From the NCBI GenBank assembly GCA_037380925.1, contig JARRRH010000001.1, forward strand, positions 1 to 51,735: DNA of 51,735 nucleotides. Reading direction: 5' to 3'. Within the stretch, counting starts at the first letter, position 1. Every line of letters begins with the position of its first letter. Below are positions 1-9,700 of the stretch, in pieces. A program made the position numbers and the translations under genes. Source of the DNA: Deltaproteobacteria bacterium. GTDB taxonomy: Bacteria; Desulfobacterota; DSM-4660; Desulfatiglandales; HGW-15. The notes beneath the pieces were generated by a model. The model made no database searches. It had not been told where the DNA came from and was given only the letters and a program-made list of their open reading frames with translations.

Positions 1-2
1 CA

Positions 3-233
3 CCCCTGGCCGACTCGATCGAATCAAAATACAATTTCTGGGGCCGAACGCACGCCTCCGAGCAGGACTCGGCGGCAATCGCAACTACCATCGTGAACCT
101 CGGCGAGTTTACCAATCTATCCGGAGCGCGAAGAGCCGCACATCGGAAAGGCCGAGCAGTTTGCGGCCACAGTGAGGGGTCTTTTTGCGCCCTGGCTCCG
201 TCCGCAAGCAAAGCGGTTTCGGAAGATCATTGA
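3..233 (+). CDS. 3' end of an upstream gene, product unknown (partial at window edge)
   Basis: This frame is open from the window edge to TGA at 231-233. Third codon positions are mostly G/C (PLADSIESKYNFWGRTHASEQDSAAIATTIVNLGEF...). No family recognised. It would overlap the next start by ~62 nt. Confidence 0.3.
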   Translation, partial: PLADSIESKYNFWGRTHASEQDSAAIATTIVNLGEFTNLSGARRAAHRKGRAVCGHSEGSFCALAPSASKAVSEDH

Positions 234-2070
234 ATCCGTCAATGCCCTCGAATCTCAGATTGAAATCTGGAATGACGAGAGACTCTTGGAGGAAAGCCGG
301 GCCCTCAGGCCCCGGCTGAGAAGCGAGGGGTACAGGGAAAACGTGGTGGCCCGGACCTTTGCCCTTGTCCGTGAAGCAGCACGTCGTGCGGTCGAGATGC
401 GGCACTTTGATGTCCAATTGATCGGCGGCTGGGTTTTGCTGCATGGCATGGTGGCGGAGATGGAAACGGGCGAGGGCAAGACCCTGGTAGCAACCCTTCC
501 TGCATGTACGGCCGCTCTGGCGGGCGTGCCCGTTCATATTATCACGGTCAACGATTACCTTGCCCAGCGTGATGCAGAGTGGATGGGTCCCATATACAGG
601 GCGCTGGGCCTCAAGGTGGGGGTCATCATTCATGGCATGGATCCCACAGCCAAGCGGGAGGCCTACCGTTGCGATGTCACCTACTGCACCAACAAGGAGA
701 TCGCTTTCGACTACTTGCGGGACCGGATTGTGCTTTGGGACAGGCCGACGCCGGTTCGTTTGCAGCTGGAGCGTCTCTACGGTGAAGACTCCAGAGTGAA
801 CCAGCTTCTCTTGCGCGGGCTTCACTACGGTATCGTGGATGAAGCAGACAGCGTGCTCATCGATGAGGCACGCACCCCGTTGATCATCTCTTCAGAGGGG
901 GAGAGTCTCTATGGTCCGAAGATTTACGAGCATGCCATGGGGGTTGCCAAGGGGCTCATTCCAAAACAGGATTACACGGTGTCTTCCAGCGAACGGACCG
1001 TAGAGCTGACGCACCGGGGTAAGGTACGGGTGAGGGATTTTGAGTGGGACGAGGTAGGGTTTCGCGCGAATGAAGAGCAGCGAGAGGAATTGATTCAACA
1101 GGCTCTTGTGGCCTTGCATCTTTTCAGCCGTGACAAGCATTATCTGATCAAGGATGGAAAGATACAAATTATCGATGAGTACACGGGCCGCTTAATGGCA
1201 GACCGATCGTGGGAGCGAGGACTCCACCAACTCATTGAGGTCAAAGAAAAGTGTGAGGTGACAAGGCGGAAAGAAACCCGGGCCAGAATCAGCTACCAGC
1301 GGTTTTTCCGCCGCTACTTGCGACTTGCCGGCATGACAGGCACAGCCCGGGAGGTCGCTGGAGAGCTATGGTCCATATACCGCATGCGCGTGGTGACCAT
1401 CCCGACCAATCGGCCCATGGACCGAAAGTCCCTTCCAGATCGGGTCTATCGCACGGCTGAAAGAAAGTGGGAAGCGATATCAGAGACCGTTTGTGACATG
1501 CATCGGGCGGGGCGGCCGGTCCTTGTAGGCACCCGGTCAGTTGAGGCGTCGGAACACTTGAGCGAACTCATGTCGGCTGCGGGTTTGCCCCACAGGGTGC
1601 TGAACGCCCGGCAAGACAAGGAAGAGGCGGAGATCATCGCACAGGCCGGTCAGTCGGGCAAAATCACGTTGGCTACCAACATGGCGGGACGGGGCACGGA
1701 TATCCGTCTTGGCCCGGGCGTAGCCGATCTGGGGGGGCTTCACGTGATTGCCACAGAACGTCACGAGTCGCGGCGGATCGACCGGCAGCTTTTTGGGCGT
1801 TGCGGTCGTCAGGGTGACCCTGGAACCAACGAGGCGGTGGTTTCCCTTGAAGATGAGCTCATGACCGCGTATATTGGGAGGGCCGTTCGATGGTTGGGCA
1901 TGCTTTTTTTGAGACATCCGCGAAGTCCGGCAACCCGGTGGATTGGAAGAATTTTGTTTCGAAGGGCTCAGCGGAGAGCTGAACGCCTGCATGGGCGGAT
2001 GCGACACGATCTCCTCAGGATGGATGAGCAGCTCAGCGAGTCCCTTGCTTTTACAGGCCGGCCTGAGTGA
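172..2070 (+). CDS. SecA-like ATPase, C-terminally truncated relative to canonical SecA (632 aa)
   Basis: GTG start at 172 is the only start codon in the open frame. SecA motor motifs are present: AEMETGEGKTLVATL (Walker A), VNDYLAQRDAEWMGPIY, VDEADSVLIDEARTPLIIS, TNMAGRGTDI, RIDRQLFGRCGRQGDPG, SLEDELM. The ORF ends ~80 aa after the last motif, so the wing domain, two-helix finger and C-terminal tail are absent. Confidence 0.85.
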   Translation: MRGLFAPWLRPQAKRFRKIIESVNALESQIEIWNDERLLEESRALRPRLRSEGYRENVVARTFALVREAARRAVEMRHFDVQLIGGWVLLHGMVAEMETGEGKTLVATLPACTAALAGVPVHIITVNDYLAQRDAEWMGPIYRALGLKVGVIIHGMDPTAKREAYRCDVTYCTNKEIAFDYLRDRIVLWDRPTPVRLQLERLYGEDSRVNQLLLRGLHYGIVDEADSVLIDEARTPLIISSEGESLYGPKIYEHAMGVAKGLIPKQDYTVSSSERTVELTHRGKVRVRDFEWDEVGFRANEEQREELIQQALVALHLFSRDKHYLIKDGKIQIIDEYTGRLMADRSWERGLHQLIEVKEKCEVTRRKETRARISYQRFFRRYLRLAGMTGTAREVAGELWSIYRMRVVTIPTNRPMDRKSLPDRVYRTAERKWEAISETVCDMHRAGRPVLVGTRSVEASEHLSELMSAAGLPHRVLNARQDKEEAEIIAQAGQSGKITLATNMAGRGTDIRLGPGVADLGGLHVIATERHESRRIDRQLFGRCGRQGDPGTNEAVVSLEDELMTAYIGRAVRWLGMLFLRHPRSPATRWIGRILFRRAQRRAERLHGRMRHDLLRMDEQLSESLAFTGRPE

Positions 2071-2086
2071 TGGAGGAGGGCTTTTG

Positions 2087-2917
2087 ATGAATCGAGTGTT
2101 CCCGAAAATCCCTTTAATGGGGCTTCTTGTTTTGCTGTGGGTGACAGGGGTTCGACCCCTTTCCGCCGTGGCGGAGCCGATGGAATTCGACGGACTGATC
2201 GAACCGAAGATGGTCGTCAAGGTTGGGAGCGGAGTCCCCGGCATTCTGGATAGCGTTAAGGTCGATCGCGGAGATATGATCCGAGAAGGCCAGGAGCTGG
2301 CAACCCTTCAATCGGATGTAGAGAGGACCACCATGGAGTTGGCGCGAGCCCGGGCGGAGCTGGTCGCGACAATCAAGGCCAAGCAGGAAGAGCTGGAATT
2401 CGCTAGGCGAAATCAGGAGCGGATCAGGGATTTGTATGAAAACAAGGCGCTCCCTTTTCAACAATGGGATGAAGTGGAGACCAAAAGGATTCTGGCGGAA
2501 CTTGGGCTGGCAGAAGCCTTGGAGAACAAGCGCCTGGCCGAATTTGAATATCGGCGAGCCAAAGCGGTATTGGAACGGATGACTATCAGGAGCCCGGTAA
2601 CGGGTGTGGTAGTCGAGCGGTTCTTACATCCGGGAGAGTACATTGAAGATCAGGCCATCTTGGAATTGGCCCAGATCGACCCCCTCCATGTTGAAGTGGT
2701 CATGCCCGTAGAAATGTATGGATCCATCAAGCCCGGCATGAACGCGACCATAAAGCCGGAGGCCCCTGTGAGAGGGTTTTACACGGCAACCGTTTTGATG
2801 GTGGACAAAGTGATCGATGCAGCAAGCGGCACCTTTGGTGTGCGTCTCCATCTGCCTAACCCGGACTTCAAGCTGCCGCCCGGCCTGAAATGCAAGGTCC
2901 TTTTTCAGCAGCACTAG
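2087..2917 (+). CDS. Efflux-type periplasmic adaptor (membrane fusion protein, HlyD/AcrA/MacA superfamily), 276 aa
   Basis: ATG at 2087 follows GGAGGAGGG (2072-2080), 17 nt after the SecA-like stop. N-terminal hydrophobic anchor/signal IPLMGLLVLLWVTGV. Lipoyl-like hairpin halves GILDSVKVDRGDMIREGQELATL and IRSPVTGVVVERF flank a coiled-coil stretch, followed by a beta-barrel-like C-terminus. Confidence 0.85.
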   Translation: MNRVFPKIPLMGLLVLLWVTGVRPLSAVAEPMEFDGLIEPKMVVKVGSGVPGILDSVKVDRGDMIREGQELATLQSDVERTTMELARARAELVATIKAKQEELEFARRNQERIRDLYENKALPFQQWDEVETKRILAELGLAEALENKRLAEFEYRRAKAVLERMTIRSPVTGVVVERFLHPGEYIEDQAILELAQIDPLHVEVVMPVEMYGSIKPGMNATIKPEAPVRGFYTATVLMVDKVIDAASGTFGVRLHLPNPDFKLPPGLKCKVLFQQH

Positions 2918-3713
2918 GGGATATTTGTAGGTTTTGAAGGTTTTCTGTGTCAAGATCCTTAGCCAGTAGGGCGTACTATAGGAAAGATTTTACCAAAAAG
3001 TGGCACGAGTTTACTTAGCGGGTGGTATTCTTTTCCACACCCGAAGCACGTTTCTGGCCGGCCGCAGTAATCGTCCGATATCTCTATAAAATAATGGGCT
3101 TTTTTGCCTCAAGAGACGGCACAGTTCTTGCTCTATAATGTTTGATTTTATGGGCAGCTTTTCGGGTACGGTGAGGTGCCTGCGGCGTGGTTTGTTTCGC
3201 CCGTTTTCTGTTGACAAAATAGAGACTTCGGGTTAAGAAATTATTGGTTTTGCCGCTCTTTATCAGCCTCTCTTGTTATCCGTTGATCGGTCTAAAAAGG
3301 AGCATCATCATTTCTATCAATCGTTGGACAGACGCGACAGACCAGATGAGATGCCGAGCCTCTAGACCTCCGGCCGTCGTGGCCACTTCCAGGACCACAG
3401 GGTCCAATCAGATTTTTCTTCCATCAATCTTCAGAAATTCGAATACCAGCTTGGCCGGCAAGCGAGCTGAACAAATTGCGGCTCTTGCCTGACATGCGCA
3501 ATATTCTGCCCCAACGTGTGTGTTCTTTACATAATCGATAAGCGGTGCATTTGGCTTTTTTCCGGGTCGAAATCATCAACTGTTCTTTAGGCTAAACGCC
3601 CTGCAGGGCAAACGAACCAGATATTCATTCTTTCCCATTTAACCCCTTTCTTCATCCAATGCGCAAGGCGACATCCTTTCTTCGCCTGGGCTTTGGAAAA
3701 ACGGAGACCGACC

Positions 3714-6700
3714 ATGGGACTCGCCAGACAAATCAAGAGATTGACGAAAAGAAAAAACGCTGCTGCAGCGAAAAAGCGGAGACGCAAGGCGTTTATTGAA
3801 CCCTTGGAGCCGCGCCTGCTCCTGGACGCCGAAACACTCTCCTATGCGGCGGGTGCCGGATCAGCTGTTGACCTGACGCTCCGACTGGACGACGTTACAG
3901 AGGAACTCCAGCTGATCGACAACGTCAATCAGTCTCTGTTGCAAAGCCAGGCGCTTGCCGACACGATCGGTGTTGAGATCATCGGTTCGGATCAGGACGA
4001 TACGCTGAGACTCGACCTTGACTTTGACGCCCTTTTCGACTCGATTCTGATGAGCTTTGACGGCGGGCTCGGCTGGGATACCTTAATCGGGCCATCTGTC
4101 GACAGCACATGGCACATTACCGGCGAAGATAGCGGCACGATTGGCAGCGTGGATTTCAACGACGTGGAGAACCTGAGCGGCGCTGCGGAAAATGAAGACA
4201 CATTTATCTTTGAGGCCGGGGGCAGTTTAAGCGGCGCGATTGAAGGCGGCGCGGGGGGCTTCGATAGTCTCATTCTCCAAGGTGGTCCTTACGACACGGT
4301 GATCTTCAAGCCGACTGGAGCTGATTCCGGGAGCATTCATCAGGACAGCGAAATTATTGCCTATTCAGGGTTGGAACCCATCCTGAGTCCAATCCCTGCA
4401 GACAATATTGTATTCGACCTCACTGAAGAGGATGACCAAGCTATCATAGAGGCAGCGTCTGGTTCCATGATGCAGATCATGAGTGCCAGTTCCATTCCCA
4501 CCTTCGAGACAACGTCGTTTAGCATCCCAAGCATATCCCTAACAATCAACGGTGATGATGGTGATGACAGTGTCACAGTAGCCAACGATTTGATCATGCC
4601 TGGCGCTGACCTGACGATCAACGCCGAAACGATAACTGTTGACCCCGGAGTCACCATGTCCACTCGCCAGATCGATGCGAGCGGGGATCCTTTGATCGAT
4701 TCCTCGACAGGAGATTCAGGAGACATTACGTTCACGGGTGAAACCATTACGGTGGGATCGGGATCAAATCTCTTGGCCCATGATGACCGAGGGATTCCCC
4801 TTGCTATTGCCGATCAGTCATCTCCCACAATCAAATGGACCCCGGATCAAAGTTACCCCGGGGTGGAGCAGGCCGGCACATCGGGTGGTGGCTCCGGGAT
4901 GAGAGTGGATATTGATGTTGACGGTGACCGCGAGCCGACCCTGGCTCTGGCGGATCCTGGATCCGGTTATGTGATCAACGAGATGGTGACCTTCAACGAT
5001 CCGGACGGGAACGGAAGCCCGATAACAGTCCGGGTCAGCGAACTCAATGGTGGAGACATCATCCTGGAAGCGAAGGCTACTGTCTCGGCCAGACCATTGA
5101 CGCCGGTGGACCCGCTTTTTGTGACTGACAATGCCGAAACAAAAATCGATCTCCTGGGGGCAACACTCAAGGGAAGGACGGTGGAGGTGACCGCCACTGC
5201 CGATACCTCCAAGACGACAAGCGAGGATGATGATCCCTTCACCACGTCTTTGGCAGACGCAGGGCTTTTGAACTTCTCCGAGTTTCTCGGATGGTCCTTC
5301 TCAAGAGCGACGGCTGAAGTGAAGATCGGTAGCAACACAACCATTGTAGCCGATAGCGACGCCATCATCAAGGCAGAAGCCGATTCGGAATCCATCATCA
5401 AGACCCTGGGGCTTGCATTGGGCGTCACCTATGCAGAATCTGAGGGTATCTCAAAGGCCTATGTTGAGAGTGGGGCCTCGATAACAGCAGGGGACAACGT
5501 AACCATAGAATCCACGACCACGAACACGGTTGAGGCTACGTCCTGGGCGGTTAAGGGAAAAATCCAATTCGCCCTGACCGACGCGACTTCAAACGCTGAT
5601 GCTTACATCGAAAACGGCGCCACGATCAACGCCGACAGCCTGAATGTCACCGCGGACATTACCAATGCGATTGAAACGACTGTCGAGCCCATGGAGCTTA
5701 CCGGGGAGTCGTCAGGCTTTGCTGTGGCCATAAGTCTGCTGACCTCCACTGCCAACGCCTATGTCGATTCCGGCATATCCATCCCGGGTGACATCAAGAT
5801 CACCGCTACGACCACCACCGAGAACAGGACCACCGCCTCGGCAGAGCCGAAAAGCACTGTTTCGGGTTTCGTCGATTCAATCAAAAAGATCTACACCTAT
5901 TTGAACCAGAAGAACAAACAGCCTGACGAGAAGACGCAAGCCTCCGATGACAAGCCCGAAAAATTTGAACTATCGGCAGCCGTGGCTATTGCCGAGGGGT
6001 CGAACACCACGAAGGCATATATCGGCAGCAATGCCGAGATCCGCTCCGGCGGCAGCGTTTTCGTGACCTCCAAGATAGAGGATGATTTTCGCCTGCTTGC
6101 AACCAGCGAGGCCGAAGAGGCCAAGGTCGGAATCAGTGCCGCGGTGGCAGTGGGCACGACCACAAACAAGGCCAAGGCCTATATCGACGATGGCGCAGAA
6201 GTGTCGGCGGCTAACCTGATGGAAATCAAAGCAAGCACGACGATCCCGAACCCGGCCGACTTTTCCTCGGTTCTCCCCGCTGACTTCTGGGAGGGATTGC
6301 AGCTCGCCTTCAGCGCCGAGGACATCGTCCAGGAGGTGACGACCTCTTATGTGCGCTCTGCAGCGGTAGGAGATGACGACACCGTCAAATTTGCGCTTGC
6401 AGGCAGTGTCAACATTCTCACCTTCGACAATACGGCCGAAGCCTATATCGGCGTGGGCGCGAAGATAAACCAGGATACAACCACCTACGTGCCTTCCGAG
6501 GAACAGACCGTCAGGGTCGATGCGAGCAACACGATCGCAACCGTCAACTTGGTGGGAGTTTTTTCCTTTACCCTCGACCCTGTCAGTTTGATTGAAGACC
6601 CGACAGGCATCTATGACTTCATGGGTTCAGCAGGCAAGGCCTCCCTCGGAGGGTCTTACAACCAGTTGAATTACAGGACCACCACCAAGGCCGTTATCAA

Positions 6701-9700
6701 AGACGGTGCGGATGTGGACGCCGAAAAAGAAGTCATCGTGGAAGCGACGTCGGATCAGTTTGACTTCCTGATGTCCGTGGCAGGAGGAGAGGCAGAGAAG
6801 TTCGGTATCAGCGGCGCGGTCTCCTATGCCAATCAGGACAGCCTGACCCTGGCTCAGATCCAGAGCGGCGCCGTGATCACCGGTGGTGCGCTCAGCGTTA
6901 CGGCAAGGGATGATACCAGGCACATCAATGTGACGGGCGGGGTCCTGCTTTCAGAGAACCTCGGCGTCGGAGCCTCCGTGGGGATCAACGAAATCGATAG
7001 GGAGACCTATGCAGTCATCGGCAGTCTCCCCACTGCGATTGGCGGGCCCTGGGAATTTACCTTCAACCAGAACGGCGACCAGGAACAGATTACGGCCCTC
7101 GAAGAACAGAATTTCAACGGTACCGTTGAATCGGCCACAATAACCGATGGGCAGTTGGGCGCCGGAGAGATCCAGAGTATTTCCCATGACGCGACCCAGG
7201 GGGAATTGACCTTTACTTTCGAGGATGAAACGACCGCAACACCTTTAGCCGTGGATGCCTCAGCTGAAGAAGTGGAAGCGGCATTGAACGGTCTGACGAC
7301 CATCGGTGACGCCGGCGGTGTCAATGTCACTGGAGGAGCAGGAGAGCCGTGGGAAATCCGCTTCAACCAGGTCGGCAACCGGGACCAAATCACCGCAGCA
7401 GGAGCCGGTGACTTCGACGGCACGGGCCCGCCGGAGGCTGCAACCGTGCGTGAAGGTGCCGACGACCTCTATGAACAGCAGCTCCTTTCGTCCACCGACG
7501 GCACGGAAGGAACACTGGCCTTTAATTACGAGGGGGATTCGTCTGCACCCGTCGCCCATGATGCTTCGGCTGCCGAGGTGGAGCGCGTTCTCAACGACCT
7601 GGACTCCATTCAGAACGCCGGGGGGGTCACGGTGAGCGGGGATGACGGCGGCCCCTGGACCATCGATTTCAACGACCCCGGCGACTGGGGGCAGATTACC
7701 GCGGAGGGTGTGGAAGCTTTCAACGGCAGCCTTGATCCGAGTACTACCAGGGAGGGAGACGCCACTACCCAGGAAGTGCAGCGGATCAACCACACGGGCA
7801 CCGAGGGGGCGTTCAGGCTCAGTTTCGGAGGCCAGACCACGCGGCCCATTGCCTATGATGCCTCGGCTGCCGAGGTGGAAAGCGCCCTGAATGAAATCGT
7901 TCCAGGCGGGATCAAGGTGACGGCTGCGCCCGGAGGAGACCCGGGCTCGGATACGGTCAAGGTATCAGGCGATGTGCTCCTGGACGCCACGTCGGACGGG
8001 AACTTTTACGTTTTCTCCCTTGCTGCCAGCGTGCGAACCAAGGGGGATGAAGGCGGAGAGTCCGAAGAGCCTGCCAACGGCGAGACGCCGGATGGCGCGG
8101 ACGTGGAAGATCCGCTGGACGGGGAGACACTGCCGGCGCTTTTCGGTGACGCAGAGGGGGCTCCCACAGAGGACGATGAAGGAAATCCGGGCGAACCATC
8201 GGTAGGTCAGGGCAAGACAGGTATCGGAATCGCGGGTGATGTTTCGATCAACACCATCACCGACTCGGCCATGGCCTACATCAATGACAGGGGAAAATTG
8301 ACCGCCAACTCAATCACCCTTTCGAGTCTCAACGAGACGGACCTGATCGCCGCAGCAGGCGCAGCCGCCATGTCGACAGGAGGAAGCGACAAGACATCCC
8401 TGGGTATTGCCGGCTCTTTTTCCAAAAACGTCCTGTCGGGCAAGACCAAGTCGTACATCGTCGGGGCCACCATCACCGAGACCCATGCTCTCACCCTGAC
8501 CGCCGAAAGGACGGGGGACATCTTTGCGCTTACGGCCGGTGGATCCCTGGTGCCCGATGAAAAAGGCATCGCCATCGCCGGCTCGGTCTCGCTCAACAAG
8601 ATCGAGAACGAAACCGAAACCTTTCTGGACAGGGTCCAGGCCGTCGCCGTCAAGAGCACCGATCCATCCAGTCAGAACATTGGGAACATTTTGCTGTCTT
8701 CGCTGGACACCTCCGAGATGCTCGTCATTGCAGGCTCCCTCAGTTACGGCGGCAAAGCCGGGATCGGTGCATCCGTGGCCTTGAACAAGAATTACAACAC
8801 CACCAAGGCCACCATCAGGGACTCGATCATCGAGCACGATGGCGGACTCATACTGGAAGCCATCAACGACAACGAGATCCAGTCTGGGGCAGCAGGTATC
8901 GCTGCCTCAAAGGACACCCTGGGGGCTTCCGGTGCGGTTTCCTTGAATTTCATCGACAACGAGGTGGAAGCATCGGTTTCCGGTTCCTCGAACAGAAACA
9001 GCACCGATAATGGGTCGATTTCACTCCTGGCCAAGGATGACTCCCTTATCGAGTCTCTTGCCGGAGCCGTGGGTGCTTCGAAGAAGATAGGGTTCGGCGG
9101 TGCTTTGGCCTACAACTCCATTGAAAACACCATCACGGCCTACATCGACGACTCAGAGCTCGAAACCTCGGGCAGCCTGAGTGTTCAGGCTCTGTCCCTC
9201 GGCAAGATCAAAACCATATCGGCCGGGGCGGCCGGCGCAGAGAAGTTTACGTTGGCCGGAGCTGTGTCTTTGAATTTCATTGAAAGTACCATAGATGCCC
9301 ATATCTCCAGCAGTCTGGACATTGATGCCACAGACTCAATCAGCGTCCTTGCAACGGACAGCGCGGCGATCAGCGCCTTGTCCGGGTCCGTGGCAGGAGC
9401 GGGAAAAGTGGCCATTGGTGCTTCCGTAGGCTACAACGATATCGCCAACACCACCACCGCCTCTATTGTGAGCTCAGACGTGAACTCATCAGGGGGCAAC
9501 ATTGTGGTGGGCGCAAGCGAGTCGGCAGACGTCACGGCCATTGCCGCCGGCGGGGCGGGTGCCGGAAAAGTTGCCATAGGCGGATCAGTGACGATCAATG
9601 ACATCGGCAACACCACCAAGGCGTACATCGGCGGAAACGCCACTGTCGTCGCCGACGGGAGCGTCGTGGTTGCTGCGCACGATGACCTGGGTATGATCCT

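Noticed and set aside
109-825. 238-aa ORF on the minus strand overlapping the SecA-like gene
   Set aside because: It is antisense to a gene with unmistakable SecA motifs. Its translation is low-complexity (Pro/Arg/Gly-rich) with no recognisable family, which is typical of a shadow ORF in GC-rich coding DNA.
3425-3450. TTCGAAT string resembling a tRNA T-loop
   Set aside because: The flanking bases cannot form a T-stem and no acceptor or anticodon arms can be drawn, so this is not a tRNA.
3011-3492. Small ORFs in the leader (3011..3217 minus, 68 aa; 3244..3492 plus, 82 aa)
   Set aside because: They have no ribosome-binding sites, use non-ATG or weak starts, have basic or low-complexity composition, and lie in an AT-rich region where random ORFs of this size are unremarkable.
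3590-3700. Possible c-di-GMP-I (GEMM-I) riboswitch in the giant-gene 5' leader, suggested by CTGCAGGGCAAACGAACC and GCGCAAGGCGAC
   Set aside because: Only short fragments resemble the conserved ACAGGGCAAACC and GACGCAAAGCC boxes. I could not draw the required intervening GNRA hairpin or the closing GGC/GCC helix, so the match is likely fortuitous. A covariance-model scan would settle it.
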